A program made the position numbers and the translations under genes. Shown piece by piece: positions 26,851 to 36,805 of a stretch of 64,000 nt of DNA. The DNA is from an uncultured Bacilli bacterium (lineage in GTDB: Bacteria > Bacillota_I > Bacilli_A > RF39 > UBA660). Numbering within the stretch: position 1 is the stretch's first letter; every line of letters begins with the position of its first letter. The stretch spans positions 3,233 to 67,232 of the forward strand of contig CANRJW010000002.1 in the NCBI GenBank assembly GCA_947631035.1, written 5' to 3'. The notes under the pieces were generated by a model. That model was not told where the DNA came from and ran no database searches. It saw only the letters and a list, made by a program, of their open reading frames with translations.

Positions 26851-27669
26851 TTAAAAGTTATCTTTTTTAATAATCTCTTCTGTTAAATGACGAGGGCTTG
26901 CGCACCAGAAACATTCAAGTAGGGTTCTTCCCTGTTTTAGATAATTACTAAAGGGTAGATCATCTCTTAAACAGAATAGGGATTCAATAAAAGGAAGATT
27001 TTTTAAGTTTAATTCCTCTATAGGTGTACAACTAATATTCTCTCTATCCATTTTATAGTTATCATAACTACCGAGAGTATTAGGGTCTTTAGAGATAGAA
27101 ACATTATCTATTTCATAATAATGCTCTGTGAGAACCTTTGCAATTAAGTCAGACCAATCAAATCCTTTGGAACTCACTCTAAAAAATACTCCCAATTTAG
27201 ATTTATTATAAACACCTTCTCCTGTACGAAACCTTAAAAACTCTTGATTTACAGCATCATTTACATGCAGCAATGCTTCATACACATCTTTAGGTTCCCC
27301 TACAGGGACCACGTAAGAAGTATTATAAGGATTAAACTTACTGATTATTTCTTCTATGAAAAATTTTGATAGTTCACCCCTTTCAAAGAAGAAATCGGTG
27401 TGATCTAGTAGTATCTTAAAGAACCTACTAAGCTCCACCCTTGTCCTTTCCTTACCGGTGTTCTGATAAAACCAGTACACTTCTTGCAACCTATCAAGTA
27501 CTGCTACTCTTACAGCTGCTCTCATACTTAGGTCTCTATCTCTGATTATGTAAGGATGGTCTACGACAGCATCATCCTTTCCATAATTTACCCTAATTAC
27601 CTTCCCATCATTTCTTAACATGTATGGAGTGCTTACACGTAGCTTCAGCTCTTCTTTGATAAATTTCAT
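26851..27669 (-). CDS. hypothetical protein, paralog of 18664..19518
   Basis: See 18664..19518; a promoter module lies upstream at 26791-26845. Confidence 0.5.
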   Translation of the reverse strand: MKFIKEELKLRVSTPYMLRNDGKVIRVNYGKDDAVVDHPYIIRDRDLSMRAAVRVAVLDRLQEVYWFYQNTGKERTRVELSRFFKILLDHTDFFFERGELSKFFIEEIISKFNPYNTSYVVPVGEPKDVYEALLHVNDAVNQEFLRFRTGEGVYNKSKLGVFFRVSSKGFDWSDLIAKVLTEHYYEIDNVSISKDPNTLGSYDNYKMDRENISCTPIEELNLKNLPFIESLFCLRDDLPFSNYLKQGRTLLECFWCASPRHLTEEIIKKDNF

Positions 27670-27685
27670 CTAAAATTTCTCCCCA

Positions 27686-28135
27686 TCATACTGGCTTGTC
27701 TGTATTGAAGCGGAAGGAACAACTCTCACTACTTTCTGCAGGACAAGAATAACGACTATTCTTATCTATTTCCCCGTTCTTTGTTTTTTCTAAGAATGTT
27801 TTATATTCAGTGAGGATCTCTTCACACATGGTTTCCATGTCTATATAGGCATACTGTAAAGCTTCTTTATCCCCATGTAAATCTTGACAGGCTAATGTAA
27901 GATAATTAATAGCTCTACCTAAAAACTCTGCTTCAGAAATTGCAGGAGTATGGGCGCCCATACGCCCAATAGGGCCTCTAGGTCCTATGGGATCGTGCCC
28001 ACATGGTGTGAAATCACCGCCCATTTTCTTCTGCTCGTCCTTTTTACGTCTCTTAAAGCATATTATGGAGGACACCACAACAGTAATTGCAGTGACCCCT
28101 ACATATACGCCCACTAAAATCCAAAAGTATAACAT
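27686..28135 (-). CDS. membrane-anchored hypothetical protein
   Basis: N-terminal TM helix (MLYFWILVGVYVGVTAITVVVSSIICF). Confidence 0.45.
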   Translation of the reverse strand: MLYFWILVGVYVGVTAITVVVSSIICFKRRKKDEQKKMGGDFTPCGHDPIGPRGPIGRMGAHTPAISEAEFLGRAINYLTLACQDLHGDKEALQYAYIDMETMCEEILTEYKTFLEKTKNGEIDKNSRYSCPAESSESCSFRFNTDKPV

Positions 28136-28138
28136 AGC

Positions 28139-28543
28139 TTACTTTCTCTTATGTCTGGTACCGGGTACTTCTTCCACACTTACAAATTCCAAATGATTTA
28201 CTTCATTGCAATAAGGACACTTATAGTACCTGTTAGTGTAGATTAAAGATGCAAGGATATCATCATCACCATAACCACAATCTGATTGTACCGTAACATT
28301 ATTCTCCGTATAAGTATCTGTGAAGGTCTCTACGTTTGTTAGATCAACCTCTCTATGACAGCCGGTGCACCAGGACGTACGGTCTCGAATCTTCTCTTGA
28401 AGTTCTTCATCCTGGATGCATTCCTCTATCACGTTACGAAGTTGAGATATCTCATCTATGAAGTCAAGAAATTCTGTTCCTTCAAGCTTCTTGCCCTGTT
28501 CAAACCATTCTTTTATATGTTTGATAAGATCTTCTTTTCCCAT
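28139..28543 (-). CDS. hypothetical protein with a C-terminal zinc ribbon
   Basis: 134 aa with CTGCH...CPYCN. Confidence 0.45.
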   Translation of the reverse strand: MGKEDLIKHIKEWFEQGKKLEGTEFLDFIDEISQLRNVIEECIQDEELQEKIRDRTSWCTGCHREVDLTNVETFTDTYTENNVTVQSDCGYGDDDILASLIYTNRYYKCPYCNEVNHLEFVSVEEVPGTRHKRK

Positions 28544-28546
28544 TTT

Positions 28547-28982
28547 TTAGTCCAGGCTCTCCTGTTTGTCTTCGTCTTCTTCTGGCCAATATTGAATGCC
28601 GTCAAAATAGCCATTTAACCTGTCCGTAATTCTTCTTGTCTGCATATTGTAGAAGATTGCAAGCATGTCTTTATCCGCTACCTTAAGCTGTTCAAAATGG
28701 TTTTTACGGACCTCTTCAGTTAAGTCTGTATAATAAAAACTAACTATAGCTTCACCCCCTGGGGGGGCAAATCACTACTGCCCACTTGGGCTTTGCAGAG
28801 GTTGGTGTTACAACAGTTGCTTGGTTTGAAGAAGTTTTTCTAAAACTCACTGATTGGGTATCATTCTCTTCCATTGCAATGATATCGCCTGCAAATCTAT
28901 CTACTGCATAATGGGGATCAATAGAGTAATTGGATGTTACTTTATAGTCCTTAATTACTTCAACAACAAAACCATCAATCAT
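28547..28982 (-). pseudogene. single gene split across two frames at a C/G homopolymer (candidate programmed +1 frameshift or phase-variable tract)
   Basis: ORF A (28752..28982) ends ...ICPPRG-TGA immediately after minus-strand CCCCCCCAGGGGG. The +1 frame stays open for about 75 more codons to 28547 (..FAPPGGEAIVSFYY..) with no independent start or RBS. Confidence 0.4.
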
Positions 28983-29005
28983 GCGTTCTTATACCTCCCT
29001 GAATA

Positions 29006-29575
29006 TTAAGCATCCTTCTTAGGTTGTGTCTTATGTTCTCTACGAACATCCTTTAGTGTCTTAATAGCCTTTGTGGTTGTATCACCCTCCCTACTATCAT
29101 TAGGAGCCCAATCATGAAGCGTTTTTACCGTAAACTCACTTGATGTAATCTTTTTAAGAACTGCAAGAGCAAGCCCCATCTCGGGATTATAAGTATCATT
29201 TTCACCGCAGGTAGAAGATGTCTTGGTACCATCACTCCAAATAACAACAGTATTAGGAGCATTATAAACTACCCTCTTAATATATACAAATTCATCATCT
29301 TCATCATAGTAAGCACCGCCAAACAGAGGCTCAGGGTAGTACTCTTCATAATTGTCGCAATCTTCAGAAAGCTCACAATCAGCACAATCACCATCACATT
29401 CAGGATAATTTTCCTCGACAGCATCTACAAGTGCTTGCACTTCCTTGGTAGGCATTAGAGTATAATCCTCCATAGTGTTTACATCTTCAAGAGTTTCCAG
29501 ATCCCCAGATGTGTACTGTGCATAAATTTCCGCGAACTTTGCAGTTGTGTCAAGCTTAATTCCGTTAATTTTCAT
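29006..29575 (-). CDS. hypothetical protein
   Basis: 189 aa; acidic, Cys-containing N-terminal half. Confidence 0.45.
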   Translation of the reverse strand: MKINGIKLDTTAKFAEIYAQYTSGDLETLEDVNTMEDYTLMPTKEVQALVDAVEENYPECDGDCADCELSEDCDNYEEYYPEPLFGGAYYDEDDEFVYIKRVVYNAPNTVVIWSDGTKTSSTCGENDTYNPEMGLALAVLKKITSSEFTVKTLHDWAPNDSREGDTTTKAIKTLKDVRREHKTQPKKDA

Positions 29576-29598
29576 TTCATCACCTCTATATTTATTTT

Positions 29599-29793
29599 TT
29601 AAAATCCATAATTTTCATTTGATGATTCGAGATCATCTTTTGCTTCTTCATAAGCGTATCTTTCTACTTCTCTATAGTACTCTTCAAGCACTTTTCTCAA
29701 ATCCGCTCTTAATACAAAATCTGCATAATTAAACTTTTTTGCTTCCTCGATGGTACTTAAAATATCATCTATTAATGTGTCCATACCAGACAT
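29599..29793 (-). CDS. hypothetical small acidic protein
   Basis: 64 aa ORF. Confidence 0.35.
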   Translation of the reverse strand: MSGMDTLIDDILSTIEEAKKFNYADFVLRADLRKVLEEYYREVERYAYEEAKDDLESSNENYGF

Positions 29794-29800
29794 ATATAAT

Positions 29801-30274
29801 TTACTCCTCTTCAGGTATCAGTTCTCTTAAAATACTAGCAACTGCAACTGAATTTATATTTTGATGTTCAAAAGCAATTCTACACTTCTCTTCAAGTGGG
29901 TGCTTTTTTCTCCACTCTTCCGCTTCTGCTATTTCTTGCTCTGATTTATCATTCCATTCTTTCAATGTTGCGTCCATTAGAGTTTTGTTTTTCTTTTCCC
30001 ATGTATGCTCCATCCAATATACAGTAACGGCTCCTGTAGCGGGAATTAACATGAGATTTAGAAGAAAAAGACAAAACGCTTCAAGGTCAACAAATAGAGC
30101 AAAAATAACAATAGCTGTATTTACACTAAGAAATACAAGAATACCAACTAGTGCTTGAAATATATAAGGCACACTAAAAAGATTATACTGAAATTCTTTA
30201 CAAACATAATTAGTATCAATACTGTTATTCACTTCAGAAAATGTGGAGCACGTACCGTGCAAGATATATTTCAC
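29801..30274 (-). CDS. membrane protein (about three TM segments)
   Basis: Hydrophobic segments at residues about 35-110. Confidence 0.45.
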   Translation of the reverse strand: MKYILHGTCSTFSEVNNSIDTNYVCKEFQYNLFSVPYIFQALVGILVFLSVNTAIVIFALFVDLEAFCLFLLNLMLIPATGAVTVYWMEHTWEKKNKTLMDATLKEWNDKSEQEIAEAEEWRKKHPLEEKCRIAFEHQNINSVAVASILRELIPEEE

Positions 30275-30516
30275 TTATCCCCTCTCCTTGCTACCAGGAT
30301 TAAAATAACCCAGCGAATACATACTACAAAAGCTACTAAAAGTAAAAATCCCCCAAGTGTAGGTGGAAATACTGTTACCCACCAACCAGCATTTGTCATT
30401 ACTCCAATTTGAGAAACAATCAAGGAAACGCAAGCTAGTGCAATGCTAATAACTACAAACCAGGCACTCTTCAACCATGCTTTTTCATTGTTAATTTTTT
30501 CTCTTATAGTTTTCAA
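30271..30516 (-). CDS. small membrane protein
   Basis: Two TM helices; start overlaps the neighbour. Confidence 0.4.
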   Translation of the reverse strand: MKTIREKINNEKAWLKSAWFVVISIALACVSLIVSQIGVMTNAGWWVTVFPPTLGGFLLLVAFVVCIRWVILILVARRGDK

Positions 30517-30734
30517 TTTTCCACCTCTATATTAAAATTTTTTAATAGCGTTTCAAAGGGAGTTCTTTCATATATGCCCATGCTTTCCCCTTTATAAATA
30601 ACAGCATGTAATGTAACTGGAAACAACTCTACATCTATACCTGTTTGGGCTTTCAAAGCTTCTACAAAATAAGAAGCATTGTGATTATGATAAGCTTCTA
30701 CTAAAGAAGCATACTGTTTGCCTGTAATTGTCAT
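30513..30734 (-). CDS. hypothetical small protein
   Basis: 73 aa ORF. Confidence 0.4.
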   Translation of the reverse strand: MTITGKQYASLVEAYHNHNASYFVEALKAQTGIDVELFPVTLHAVIYKGESMGIYERTPFETLLKNFNIEVEN

Positions 30735-31243
30735 CTTACTATCATCTCCGGTAATAGTTCAATATGTACATCATCGCTTTCAAGAGGATGATCAGGATCT
30801 GATACCACGCCATGGATTTGACCTACTCTATCCTTGTACTTCAGTGGAAGTTTCCAAAACTCTCCCCTCCACGCTTGGTTAGAATAGTGGGGATTATCTT
30901 CATCTTTTTCCCATAAGGATACAACAGAATTGTGGTTAATGATTTCTTCACATAACATCTGTTGAAGTGTAATACCTTTGGAACTTACATTATTATAAGA
31001 ATATTCCATCACTTCATCATACAGCTTTTCTCCATCCTCAATAGAAGAACAATGAGTAAATTTTTGAAGCATCCCCGGTTCCCAGGTACACTGAGTATCC
31101 TCTTCCACCGCCTGTCTTATCATATTAAGAGTATCTTCTATCTCTCTAGTATATAAATCAAGAGATGAGGGCATGCTCTCATTCTTAAATTTTTCTAACC
31201 AGCTCGCCTCATATGCAAGCTTTGCAAATGTACTCTTTCTCAT
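30731..31243 (-). CDS. hypothetical protein
   Basis: 170 aa ORF. Confidence 0.45.
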   Translation of the reverse strand: MRKSTFAKLAYEASWLEKFKNESMPSSLDLYTREIEDTLNMIRQAVEEDTQCTWEPGMLQKFTHCSSIEDGEKLYDEVMEYSYNNVSSKGITLQQMLCEEIINHNSVVSLWEKDEDNPHYSNQAWRGEFWKLPLKYKDRVGQIHGVVSDPDHPLESDDVHIELLPEMIVR

Positions 31244-31449
31244 TTATCCTCAACCTCTTCAAAAAGATCTTTAATATCCTGCTTTAGCCGCTCAATGTCT
31301 CTTTCATACATGCGTTTTGTTTGTGTACAATAATAACCAACCTCTTCTATTACAGTATGATTATCTATTAGCTTGAGAATCATTTTCAACTCTGCTTTAG
31401 TCATAACTGTCCCTCTTTTCTTCTTCAAATGTGATGAGTCCCTTAACAT
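31240..31449 (-). CDS. hypothetical small protein
   Basis: 69 aa ORF; resembles 31397..31579 (LKLIDNHTV vs IKLIDKNTK). Confidence 0.35.
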   Translation of the reverse strand: MLRDSSHLKKKRGTVMTKAELKMILKLIDNHTVIEEVGYYCTQTKRMYERDIERLKQDIKDLFEEVEDK

Positions 31450-31579
31450 CTCTTTTTAATTGCTCTATTTCTTCTTTATGAAGTTCAGGACAGTTATACC
31501 CTCCATGAAAACCATCAGTAAACCATTTAGTATTTTTATCAATTAGTTTGATAACTTCTTTACAATCTTCAACAGTCAT
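31397..31579 (-). CDS. hypothetical small protein
   Basis: 60 aa ORF overlapping its neighbour. Confidence 0.3.
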   Translation of the reverse strand: MTVEDCKEVIKLIDKNTKWFTDGFHGGYNCPELHKEEIEQLKRDVKGLITFEEEKRDSYD

Positions 31580-32010
31580 TTGGTCTCCTTTGGAGCTTCA
31601 GGTGCTTCATCCTTAAAGTAGATTCCATTATCGTGAAGGAAATTAAGAACTTCTCTATTCATATAAACATTCAGCTCATGTTTAGGTACCTCTTCGCGCA
31701 GCGCCTTCATAATATTGGAATCAGGTGTAAGAAAATTACCCTCGTCAATAGAAAGTCTAAGATTCACTCTTTGAAGTAAATCTGCAAGTGTTGGCTCATA
31801 AAATGCTGCATAAGTACAAATACTCATTTCATGTACCTTTTCTTTGATTCTATCATTTTCTCTGCGCTGCCTTTCAATCTTAGCTTCAGCAAGCATGGGA
31901 ATCATCGAGATTGCTTCACTTTCCAAATTTTTCTCAACAAGAAATTTCTTAATGATTTCCATATCATCAAGAAGACCACTATAAAAATTGCAAAAATCTA
32001 TAAGTCTCAT
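31576..32010 (-). CDS. hypothetical protein
   Basis: 144 aa ORF. Confidence 0.45.
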   Translation of the reverse strand: MRLIDFCNFYSGLLDDMEIIKKFLVEKNLESEAISMIPMLAEAKIERQRRENDRIKEKVHEMSICTYAAFYEPTLADLLQRVNLRLSIDEGNFLTPDSNIMKALREEVPKHELNVYMNREVLNFLHDNGIYFKDEAPEAPKETK

Positions 32011-32294
32011 TTGTCCACCTCTACGCCGTATTTCTGTCGTATAATTCTTGCAAGTTTTGTCGCCTTATCAATACGATAACCGCCAAGATCGTCAATAGTT
32101 TGACATTCTAACCAATCGGCTATCTCTTTCGCCGTTTCTTTGCGTACATCATCGGCTTTGCGGTAGCCCGCTTCAATAATTGCCTTTGCTGCATCCCACT
32201 CACCAACAATATTGTCAGTAAAAGCCTTGTGTTCTAACATAATATGCCTGTCTAAAATATCAAATACTTTTTCAACTTCTCTTTCTTTATCCAT
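32007..32294 (-). CDS. hypothetical protein
   Basis: 95 aa ORF. Confidence 0.4.
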   Translation of the reverse strand: MDKEREVEKVFDILDRHIMLEHKAFTDNIVGEWDAAKAIIEAGYRKADDVRKETAKEIADWLECQTIDDLGGYRIDKATKLARIIRQKYGVEVDK

Positions 32295-32473
32295 TAATAT
32301 TCACCCCTATTGAATTTTTGTTTCATTTGAGCACGGGATTGTTTTTTCTTGTTGGGTACAGTTTGTGTGTTAAGTCTACGACCAGCAAGTCTTTCTTTTC
32401 TTTGCTGGTCATTTTCCTTCAATATATCAAAGGTATTTCTATTCAGTTTGATAGTGAATTTATTCTTTTTCAT
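32294..32473 (-). CDS. small basic protein (59 aa)
   Basis: Hand-translated Lys/Arg-rich ORF with a promoter module upstream at 32461-32511. Confidence 0.3.
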   Translation of the reverse strand: MKKNKFTIKLNRNTFDILKENDQQRKERLAGRRLNTQTVPNKKKQSRAQMKQKFNRGEY

Positions 32474-32508
32474 ACTTATAGTATAAAGTAAATGAAGAGA
32501 GAAATCAA

Positions 32509-33084
32509 CTAATTTTTACAGGCAACTTCAAGCACGTCCATGATAGCACTCTTTGGGATTGATTTTTTACGCGCAAACTTAGGAGTATCTGAAAGTAGAT
32601 GAGTAATTACATCTTTTACTTCTTTCTTACCGTCTTCAATACCTTCCTTAACTGCTCGTTGAAAATCTGAAAATGCATTTCCTATTAGTTTCAGTTCATT
32701 CTCTCTAACCCCATTTCTATAATGATTCTCAAAAGCAACGCTGAAGCTGGGTGCGATATACCAGTCCTTATCCTGCTTATAAGAAACACTGTAAACTACG
32801 CCCTGTTCATGTGTAGGGAGGAATTCAACTGTGTCCCCAAATTTTATTAAATGATCATGCACTCTTGCCATTTCTGCAGTTGCATCTTCAAAGCTTGTAA
32901 ACCATTCTTTACCGTACCCTTTAACATACAAGAAACAGTCTTTTGTATCTACATAACTGTTAATACCTTCAGGATCGTTTGCTGTGCAGTAAATAGCTCT
33001 TACTGTAGCTTCTTCTAGTTTATCTGTGGATTCAACCCAATACCAAACTTTACTACCTACTGGAATACTACGAAATTCTATCAT
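32509..33084 (-). CDS. hypothetical protein
   Basis: 191 aa ORF. Confidence 0.45.
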   Translation of the reverse strand: MIEFRSIPVGSKVWYWVESTDKLEEATVRAIYCTANDPEGINSYVDTKDCFLYVKGYGKEWFTSFEDATAEMARVHDHLIKFGDTVEFLPTHEQGVVYSVSYKQDKDWYIAPSFSVAFENHYRNGVRENELKLIGNAFSDFQRAVKEGIEDGKKEVKDVITHLLSDTPKFARKKSIPKSAIMDVLEVACKN

Positions 33085-33087
33085 ATA

Positions 33088-33414
33088 TCACCTCTTGTCA
33101 TTTAGTCTGTGATCCCAGACATCTTCTAGAGTTTTTGGCCCAAATAATTCTTTATATTGTTTGGTATCTCTAATGGTGTCTGAGGAGATATTTAAATCAC
33201 CTGTTTTCTTATATGTAGCGCAATCTTGTAAAAACTTATTATAGTTAACAGGTGCTTCTTTATAATCCTTTTCAAACTTTCTTTTACCGCATTTTTTACA
33301 TATATAAATAGTACGTGCATTTAGATCATTTATTAAGTCACCATAAATGTTTGCAAAAAGTACATAATTATGTCTACAAAATACCTGTCTTGCTCTTTTT
33401 GCAATTTTCATCAA
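33088..33414 (-). CDS. hypothetical protein with a CxxC pair
   Basis: 108 aa with CRHNY...CKKCGKRK. Confidence 0.45.
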   Translation of the reverse strand: MMKIAKRARQVFCRHNYVLFANIYGDLINDLNARTIYICKKCGKRKFEKDYKEAPVNYNKFLQDCATYKKTGDLNISSDTIRDTKQYKELFGPKTLEDVWDHRLNDKR

Positions 33415-34241
33415 TCTGCTAGCCTCACAGGTAAAAGAATATGTTCAAATGTTTCTTCTTCACTAAAGTTTGTTTTACAATAAATGGGAGAAATATTATT
33501 TTCGGGAGTAAATACTTCCATGTAGCTTCTTCTGCCCTTAATAAAACTTTTAGAGGAAGCGCTAAGTAGAGCTGGATTAAGTGCAATACGATTACCAGCC
33601 TTCTTTTTTGCAGTTTCTAGAGTTTCAATAGCTTTTACCGGATATTCAGCCGCAGGAGGAGTGAATTCATAATTAATAAAACCAAAGGCTGCAGGCAGCT
33701 TAACGAAGGTTGTTTTCTTTTCTTTATCGAAAGTTACCACTACATCAAGATCTTCCATCCATTGAAAACTTCTAAAATAAAAGGGCTTGAAGTAACATGT
33801 AAACTCTTCTTCGTTTTCTTGTGATAGGATATATCTGGAAAGTTGGTATCCATTACATGCTACGGCTGTGACAGAATCTTTAGTAACCTCAAGTTGGATA
33901 AATTTAAGTACATCTCTACCATACTTAACACTCTCGCCTTCAGCAGCCCCCTTCACAGCATCCATCATAGTCTTGAAGTTTTTTAATTTAATTTTGCAAC
34001 TAGGGGTTTGTGTGCTTTTTATATTATTCGATTTCTTCTTCTCTTCATACATATTATACTGCCCATTTGGACCGCACCAGGTTCTTTCTTCAACATGACC
34101 ACCATTAGTATCTGTATAAGCTTTACCAGACCCAAAGGTAGCAAAAGATTCTACTTGACAGGGTTCACTCATATCAGCATTTCTAAAATAATTAGCACAT
34201 GTATCTTTTTTATCACAAAAATCTCCAGTACACAACATCAT
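33411..34241 (-). CDS. hypothetical protein
   Basis: 276 aa; Cys-rich N-terminus. Confidence 0.5.
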   Translation of the reverse strand: MMLCTGDFCDKKDTCANYFRNADMSEPCQVESFATFGSGKAYTDTNGGHVEERTWCGPNGQYNMYEEKKKSNNIKSTQTPSCKIKLKNFKTMMDAVKGAAEGESVKYGRDVLKFIQLEVTKDSVTAVACNGYQLSRYILSQENEEEFTCYFKPFYFRSFQWMEDLDVVVTFDKEKKTTFVKLPAAFGFINYEFTPPAAEYPVKAIETLETAKKKAGNRIALNPALLSASSKSFIKGRRSYMEVFTPENNISPIYCKTNFSEEETFEHILLPVRLAD

Positions 34242-34753
34242 AGCTTATTCACCTCCAAAAGCTCTGGGTTATCCCATTTATTACCAATAATTTCAACTAC
34301 ATCAAGTTGCTCGTCTTCACCTCCAAAGTTACACCAAATTTCCCATAAAGAAATAAAATTATCATTTCCGCAAAAACTTGGAAGTGTATCTGGATTCAAG
34401 TCTTTTACTTTTTCTTCAAGTTGGTTATAATCTATTGTTTTGTGAGTACCAATCCCAAACGCACCTTTTTCAAGAACAATTTCTCCAACAATATTGTAAA
34501 ATCTTACAATGTGCCCCTCAAAAATACGCTTACTATTTTTATCCCACCATCCTGTATATTCAGAAATAGTCTCGGGATCTACCTCATAGAAAGGGAATTT
34601 GGGTTGAAGACGCCCACGCATAGTCAGGTCTCCTTGACTAATAAGTTCTTTAGGTATAATATAAGCATACCAATCATGCTTTGTAGAAAGGAAAAGTCCT
34701 TCTTCCCACTCACTATTATCTTCTCTTTTGCCTCTATATAAATGCTCTCTCAT
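34238..34753 (-). CDS. hypothetical protein
   Basis: 171 aa ORF. Confidence 0.45.
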   Translation of the reverse strand: MREHLYRGKREDNSEWEEGLFLSTKHDWYAYIIPKELISQGDLTMRGRLQPKFPFYEVDPETISEYTGWWDKNSKRIFEGHIVRFYNIVGEIVLEKGAFGIGTHKTIDYNQLEEKVKDLNPDTLPSFCGNDNFISLWEIWCNFGGEDEQLDVVEIIGNKWDNPELLEVNKL

Positions 34754-34762
34754 ATATTCACC

Positions 34763-35209
34763 TTAAAGCTTCTGTAAACAATTATCTACAAATTGGCTGA
34801 TCTTGGATTTATCAAAAGATTTACCCGTCTTTTCAAGTTCCTTGATAGTACTACCAATCAACCTACCCTTATTTGCTCCTACAGTTTCAATAAGGTGTTG
34901 AATAGTAAGTACAATTTCATCATCTGTCAATGCAGGGGGAAGATAGTTATTAAGTAGCTCAATTTTGGTTGTAAGTTCTGCATAGGTGGCATCTTCCTCT
35001 TTATAGAAGCTTTTAGTTTCTTCTAGCTCTTTAATTTCTTTTTGAATAAGGCTGATAACTACATTATCCTCCAAGGGTAGAGTAGTATACTTACCTGACT
35101 TCTCTGCATTTGTAATCTTAGCAAGCACTGATTCATAGGTACTCTTAGCCACATGGTTTTGTTCTTTTCTTGCTTGATTGAATTTATCTCTAATTTCTTC
35201 TTGAATCAT
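34763..35209 (-). CDS. GatB/YqeY-domain protein
   Basis: IRDKFNQARKEQNHVAKSTYESVLAKITNAEK follows the YqeY helical pattern (LKxAMKxxD..LRxLxxxIKxxE). Confidence 0.45.
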   Translation of the reverse strand: MIQEEIRDKFNQARKEQNHVAKSTYESVLAKITNAEKSGKYTTLPLEDNVVISLIQKEIKELEETKSFYKEEDATYAELTTKIELLNNYLPPALTDDEIVLTIQHLIETVGANKGRLIGSTIKELEKTGKSFDKSKISQFVDNCLQKL

Positions 35210-35247
35210 GATATTCTACCTCCTTAATCCTCTTCCACACACCTTTA

Positions 35248-35433
35248 TTACTTATTTCCCTTGAGTCCAGCAATATAATTGTCCGCTTCCTCTTCGGTAC
35301 CACAGCTATATGATAAGATTTCCTTAAAGGTGTTTCTATATAAAACTTGCCAATATGCGGAAAAACCTAAACAAATACGTTGTTTGTATGGTAATTCAAT
35401 TATGTCTTTATTTTGATCCACTGTTACTGACAT
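35248..35433 (-). CDS. hypothetical small protein
   Basis: 61 aa ORF. Confidence 0.35.
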   Translation of the reverse strand: MSVTVDQNKDIIELPYKQRICLGFSAYWQVLYRNTFKEILSYSCGTEEEADNYIAGLKGNK

Positions 35434-35924
35434 TGTATCATCCCTCCCTTCTTTTCTAATTCTACTTTACGATCCCAAGCGGCAAGCATTTCATCAACTT
35501 CTGCATCTGTAAGATGCTCACCTCTTCTATGTCTTGCTGCAAGAGTATTAAATGTTTCTGTGGCTTTTTGAAGCTTTTCGTAGTCAATGACCTGAATGGC
35601 AAGCTTTTCTTGTTTCTCCAAGAAAGCACGTGCCTCATTTTCATTTCCAAACGACTCTACTACAACACCATAGACTGGCTCACGAAAAACAACACTCCAG
35701 ACAGGTTTGGCCTGAGTCCATCCATGATTAATGTAGTGCATTTCCATGTGCGGCAAAGCAATTACTTCCTTACCTTTCAGGCTCTCTTCAAGCTCCTTTA
35801 ATTCAAAGTACTGCTTATATGGTTCACATTCTCCCTCTGTCCGATTACACCCATTAGGCTCTCCATGATAAGGACAGTTGCATTGCTCACAGAATTCTAG
35901 TTCGTCTAATCTACCGTTTTTCAC
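35424..35924 (-). CDS. hypothetical protein with a Cys-rich N-terminus
   Basis: 166 aa with CEQCNCPYHGEPNGCNRTEGEC. Confidence 0.45.
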   Translation of the reverse strand: MKNGRLDELEFCEQCNCPYHGEPNGCNRTEGECEPYKQYFELKELEESLKGKEVIALPHMEMHYINHGWTQAKPVWSVVFREPVYGVVVESFGNENEARAFLEKQEKLAIQVIDYEKLQKATETFNTLAARHRRGEHLTDAEVDEMLAAWDRKVELEKKGGMIQCQ

Positions 35925-35930
35925 CTTTCT

Positions 35931-36158
35931 TCACCCTCTATATGTTTTAGGCACCCACGGACCGTCAAAACTATCATCTACTATGAATCGTTCACCACAG
36001 CAAGGACAGACCAGGTAATCTACTGCTGTTCTTACTCTACCTGTTTCTATGAGAGTATTCTCATATAGCTTACTCTCTTTTTCTTCAAAATAAACAGGTT
36101 CAAGATCTACGTTGCACGTGAGGCACTTTCCAAACTTATTCAATGCTATCGCCTCCAT
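35931..36158 (-). CDS. small zinc-ribbon protein
   Basis: 75 aa with CLTC...CPCCG. Confidence 0.4.
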   Translation of the reverse strand: MEAIALNKFGKCLTCNVDLEPVYFEEKESKLYENTLIETGRVRTAVDYLVCPCCGERFIVDDSFDGPWVPKTYRG

Positions 36159-36162
36159 GTAC

Positions 36163-36489
36163 CTAACAAGAATAAGAAATAGCTACAAAAGTTTTCTTTG
36201 AAACTTGAATATACATGGTTCCGTAGAAGTTATCCTCATGATATCCTGTTTCCTGATTAACAAAGTAAGCTATATCTTCTTCCTTATAAATACCACTGTT
36301 ACTTAGCAGTTTATCTTCACTATCAAATAAACGGCCATTCAATACTCTGCAGTTGTTGTAGATTGCAATGATGTTCCAATCGTACAGTTCTCGAAGAAGA
36401 GGACTTTCATTCAGCTTTTCTCTTCTACTGCCCTGTTCAGTTTCCGTCTTTGCATATTTAAGTAGTTGCTTAAAAAATTTATTTTTCAT
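36163..36489 (-). CDS. hypothetical protein
   Basis: 108 aa ORF. Confidence 0.4.
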   Translation of the reverse strand: MKNKFFKQLLKYAKTETEQGSRREKLNESPLLRELYDWNIIAIYNNCRVLNGRLFDSEDKLLSNSGIYKEEDIAYFVNQETGYHEDNFYGTMYIQVSKKTFVAISYSC

Positions 36490-36805
36490 CCTCTATCTCC
36501 GTACCGGTACGTTTATACACAAAAAGAAGACTTGCGAGTTCCCCACCAATATCAATATTATCTGGATACCAATCTTCTCCATTTTCAATATAGTATTGCT
36601 TGTCGTCTGGGTGAGGGTTAGGAATAATTGCAAATCCAGGTAACATACTACACCCATCAAGAGTATTTAGGATGGAATGGGCAAGTCCTTCTAATTTATC
36701 TCTTGAAGTCTTAGCTCTGCTTTCTTTTTCCCAGTATTCGATTAAATCCCAAATGTGATCAATAAGGTCTTGTTGTACCTCTGTCTTAGTTTTTTCTCTT
36801 GGCAT
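36479..36805 (-). CDS. hypothetical protein
   Basis: 108 aa ORF. Confidence 0.4.
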   Translation of the reverse strand: MPREKTKTEVQQDLIDHIWDLIEYWEKESRAKTSRDKLEGLAHSILNTLDGCSMLPGFAIIPNPHPDDKQYYIENGEDWYPDNIDIGGELASLLFVYKRTGTEIEDEK

